A stretch of DNA of 63,995 bases, the filler included, from a bacterium (lineage in GTDB: Bacteria > JBBIVP01): the NCBI GenBank assembly GCA_037439705.1. It is 7 parts of 7 records of this genome, joined end to end, with 100 filler letters (N's around TTAATTAATTAA, not from the genome) between each part and the next. Parts side by side here need not be neighbours in the genome. Positions count along the whole stretch, not along the records: positions 59,555 to 63,995 come from JBBIVP010000166.1; 6 more parts are not named here. One strand, written 5' to 3'. The position numbers and the translations under genes are program-made. This document shows, one piece after another, positions 61,216 through 63,995 of the stretch. The first letter of the stretch is position 1, and each line of letters begins with the position of its first letter. Below the pieces are notes generated by a model, which worked only from the letters and a program-made list of their open reading frames with translations, had not been told where the DNA came from and ran no database searches.

Positions 61216-63497
61216 TGGAAGAGCAGTTAAAATTTTTTTATTATAAGGCGCTTGTGTTTATTAAAGCCAATCCCTGGATTATATGGATTGGAATTGGAAT
61301 AGGGCTACTTATTCTTGCAGGGATTATAATTATAATAGGGGTAGTCCGAAAAAAGAAAAGAATAAAAATTTTTGAGACTGCTCAAAAAAATCCAAAAGTG
61401 CGTGCTGAAGCCTTGTATAAAAAGAAAGAGTACAGGAAGGCTCTACCAATTTTTCTTGAACTCGGAAACTTTGAGATGGCTGCAGATTGTCTTGAAAAAA
61501 TGGGAAAACTTCAGGATTCGGCTAAACTCTATGAGAAGGCTACAAAGTATGAAAAAGCATCGGAAATTTACCTCAAGATGAAAGACCCATTAAGAGCAGC
61601 GGAGTGCTATTTGAAAGGTGGGAAGCATTTGACAGCAGCAGAGATTTATGAAAAAGAAAATGAAAAAGAAAAAGCAGCCTCAATATATAAGAAGGGCGGA
61701 TTTTATGAAAAGGCTGCACTTCTTTATTCCGAAATTGGAAAATTTAAAGAATCCTCTTCGTGCTGGTTTGAAGCCTACAAACGCGCTGAAGGACCTTTAG
61801 AAGGGAAGAAAAAGGAATATCTTATCAAAGCAGGTGAGATGCTTATGAAGGTAGGAAATACAAAAGAGGCTCTTCAGATGTTCAGGATGGCTGGCGACCT
61901 GGAGAAGGCTGGGAAATTTGCGGAAGAAAAGGGAGATTATATGGCTGCTGGAGAATATTATGAGGAGGCAGGATTTTTTGAATCATCAGCAAGGGCATTT
62001 AAAAGGGCAGGTGATGAAAGAAGAAGTTACTTAAATATGGCAAGGTTTTACGAATCACAGGGTGAGTTTGTCAGGGCAGGAGAATTTTATGAAAAAGTTG
62101 ACAACTGGGCAGATGCTTCAAGCTGTTTTTCCAGGGGTGGAGAATTGGTGAGGGCAGCTGAAGCATCTGAAAAAGGTGGTTTTTTCAGAGAAGCAGGAGA
62201 AATTTATCTTTCTCTCGGGATGAAGGAGAAAGCAGGAGAATGCTTTTAAAGGGCAGGGGAGTATGAGAGAGCATTTTCCATTTATAAGGAAATACAGAAC
62301 TATCACAAACTTGCTTCACTGATGGTGAAGACTGAGAGGTTTATTGAAGCGGCAAACCTTTACTTAAAAATGAAACTTTACAACGAAGCAGTGTCAGTGC
62401 TTTCAAAAGTTTCTTCCTCCAGTGAAGAATATAAGGAAGCCATTGTCTTAAAGGCAAAAATTTTTGATGAGCAGTGTAAAAAAGAAGAGGCAGTTAAAAC
62501 ATTAGAGGAATTTTTGAAAAACGAAGTAATTTCAGAAAAAACAGTTGACCTGTTTTACTTATATGCAACATTGGTTGAAAAAATGGGTGATACAAAGAAG
62601 GTTCTTACAATATATACAAAGATATCTGAACTGAATCCCTCCTTCAGGGATGTTTCCCAGAAAATAAATGAGATTCAGAAAAAAACAGCGAAAATACCCA
62701 TAACTCAGGAGGAAAGATATGAAATTCTTGAGGAGGTTGGAAGGGGAGGAATGGGGGTTGTGTATAAAGCGAAGGACAGGGTTTTAAACAGGATAGTAGC
62801 TTATAAGGTTTTACCTGTTACCATGAAGGACGACCCAGCAGCAGTTGATAATTTTTATAAAGAGGCAAGGGCAGCAGCTGCTCTCAATCATCCTAATATA
62901 GTTACAATCCATGATTTTGGAGTTGATAAAGATGGTCAGTATTTTATTACAATGGAATTCATAGAAGGCGAAACAATCAAAGCAAAACTTAAAAAGACTC
63001 AGAGACTCCCAATTAAGTTTGCTGTGGAGGTCGCAAAGGAGGTATGCAAAGGATTACATTTTGCTCATACTAAAAATATACTTCACAGGGATATAAAAAG
63101 TGCAAATATAATGATTGCTAAGGGAGGATATGTGAAGATAATGGATTTTGGATTAGCAAAGATATTGCACGATGCAATGAGTGCTCACACAGTTGTAGGA
63201 GGGACCCCACATTATATGTCTCCGGAACAGCTCCTTGGTGAGCCCCTTGATGGAAGGACGGATATATATTCTCTTGGAATAACAATTTATGAAATGATTG
63301 CAGGAAGGGTTCCATTTACGAAGGGCGATGTAGGATATCATCATATTCATACTCCACCTCCTAAACTTTCAAACATTGTGCCATCAGTTCCTCCTGAACT
63401 TGAAAAAATTGTAATGAAGTGTATAGAAAAAAAGAAAGAGAACAGGTTCAACAGCGTGGTTGAGCTGTTTGAGGTACTTAAGGCTTTAAAAATTTAA
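61215..63497 (+). CDS. Membrane-anchored TPR-like repeat Ser/Thr protein kinase (one gene with in-frame TAA at 62247-62249)
   Basis: N-terminal TM; AAECY/AGEYY repeats continue in frame past the TAA (RAGEYERA); kinase motifs GRGGMGVVY, HRDIKSAN, DFG, GTPHYMSPE. Confidence 0.9.
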
Positions 63498-63499
63498 AG

Positions 63500-63995
63500 A
63501 TGGAAGAGATAAGGACTCTGGTATCAGATATTGCGCAGAGGGCAAAGAGGGCAAGTTTTGTTCTGGCTTCCAAAGGAAGTAAAGAAAAAAATCTCGCTCT
63601 GAAAAGAATTGCAGAACTTCTTGATGAGAGAAGGGATGATATAAAAAGAGAAAATGAAAAGGACCTGAAAGAGGCGAAAGGTCTCAGTGCATCCATGATT
63701 GACAGGTTGATTCTGAACGATAAAAGAATAGACCAGATGATTATGGGAATAAAAGATGTTATAGCGCTTCCCGACCCTGTGGGAGAAATAGTGAGGATGT
63801 GGACAAGACCCAATGGTCTCATTGTCGGCAAGATGAGAATTCCTATAGGAGTTATAGGTATTATATATGAATCCCGCCCCAATGTAACTGTTGATGCTGG
63901 AATTTTGTGCATCAAATCAGGAAATGCTGTTATTCTTAGAGGAGGCTCTGAAGCAGTTTTTTCAAACAGGATTTTGACCGATATAATGAGGGAAG
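63500..63995 (+). CDS. proA: Gamma-glutamyl phosphate reductase (3' truncated; not in ORF track)
   Basis: Manual translation MEEIRTLV...IDRLIL...LPDPVGE...RPNGL...PIGVIGIIYESRPNVT...KSGNAVILRGGSEA. Confidence 0.95.
   Translation, partial: MEEIRTLVSDIAQRAKRASFVLASKGSKEKNLALKRIAELLDERRDDIKRENEKDLKEAKGLSASMIDRLILNDKRIDQMIMGIKDVIALPDPVGEIVRMWTRPNGLIVGKMRIPIGVIGIIYESRPNVTVDAGILCIKSGNAVILRGGSEAVFSNRILTDIMRE

Overview
The window is not one locus. It is seven ~10-kb contigs of a fragmented, probably low-coverage genome bin or single-cell assembly, sorted by decreasing length and joined by artificial 100-nt N-TTAATTAATTAA-N spacers (10012-10111, 20119-20218, 30190-30289, 40240-40339, 49880-49979, 59455-59554). 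The organism is an AT-rich diderm with Lys/Glu-rich proteins and deltaproteobacterial/Myxococcota-like marker families (TIGR02266-type PilZ proteins, a MYXO-CTERM-like tail, a TPR-Ser/Thr kinase). Most content is housekeeping: uvrB, alr, recJ, nadE, glnA, malic enzyme, folD-gcvT-gcvH-gcvPA, rimP-nusA-infB, lon, rpsB-tsf-pyrH-frr, gltX, ffh-rpsP-khpA, ruvCAB and proA. I found no rRNA, tRNA, CRISPR array or mobile element. Many genes, including essential ones, carry in-frame TGA/TAA/TAG stops, motif-breaking missense changes or small deletions. These share a G/A>T (C/T>A) signature that points to sequencing or consensus error rather than recoding. The best candidates for real, little-described biology are: (1) a six-gene Ni/Co ECF uptake operon under a perfect GTGTTA-N15-TAACAC NikR-type operator, led by an uncharacterised outer-membrane barrel, whose exported subunits appear to start with His; (2) a NifA-like GAF activator divergent from a sigma54 promoter driving nadE-glnA, with its candidate binding site repeated inside its own last codons; (3) a TIMP-like/prodomain gene paired with a MYXO-CTERM-anchored matrixin; (4) an AAA ATPase-PilZ-PilZ-pentapeptide operon; and (5) a gcv operon with a DUF89 phosphatase where gcvPB is expected.
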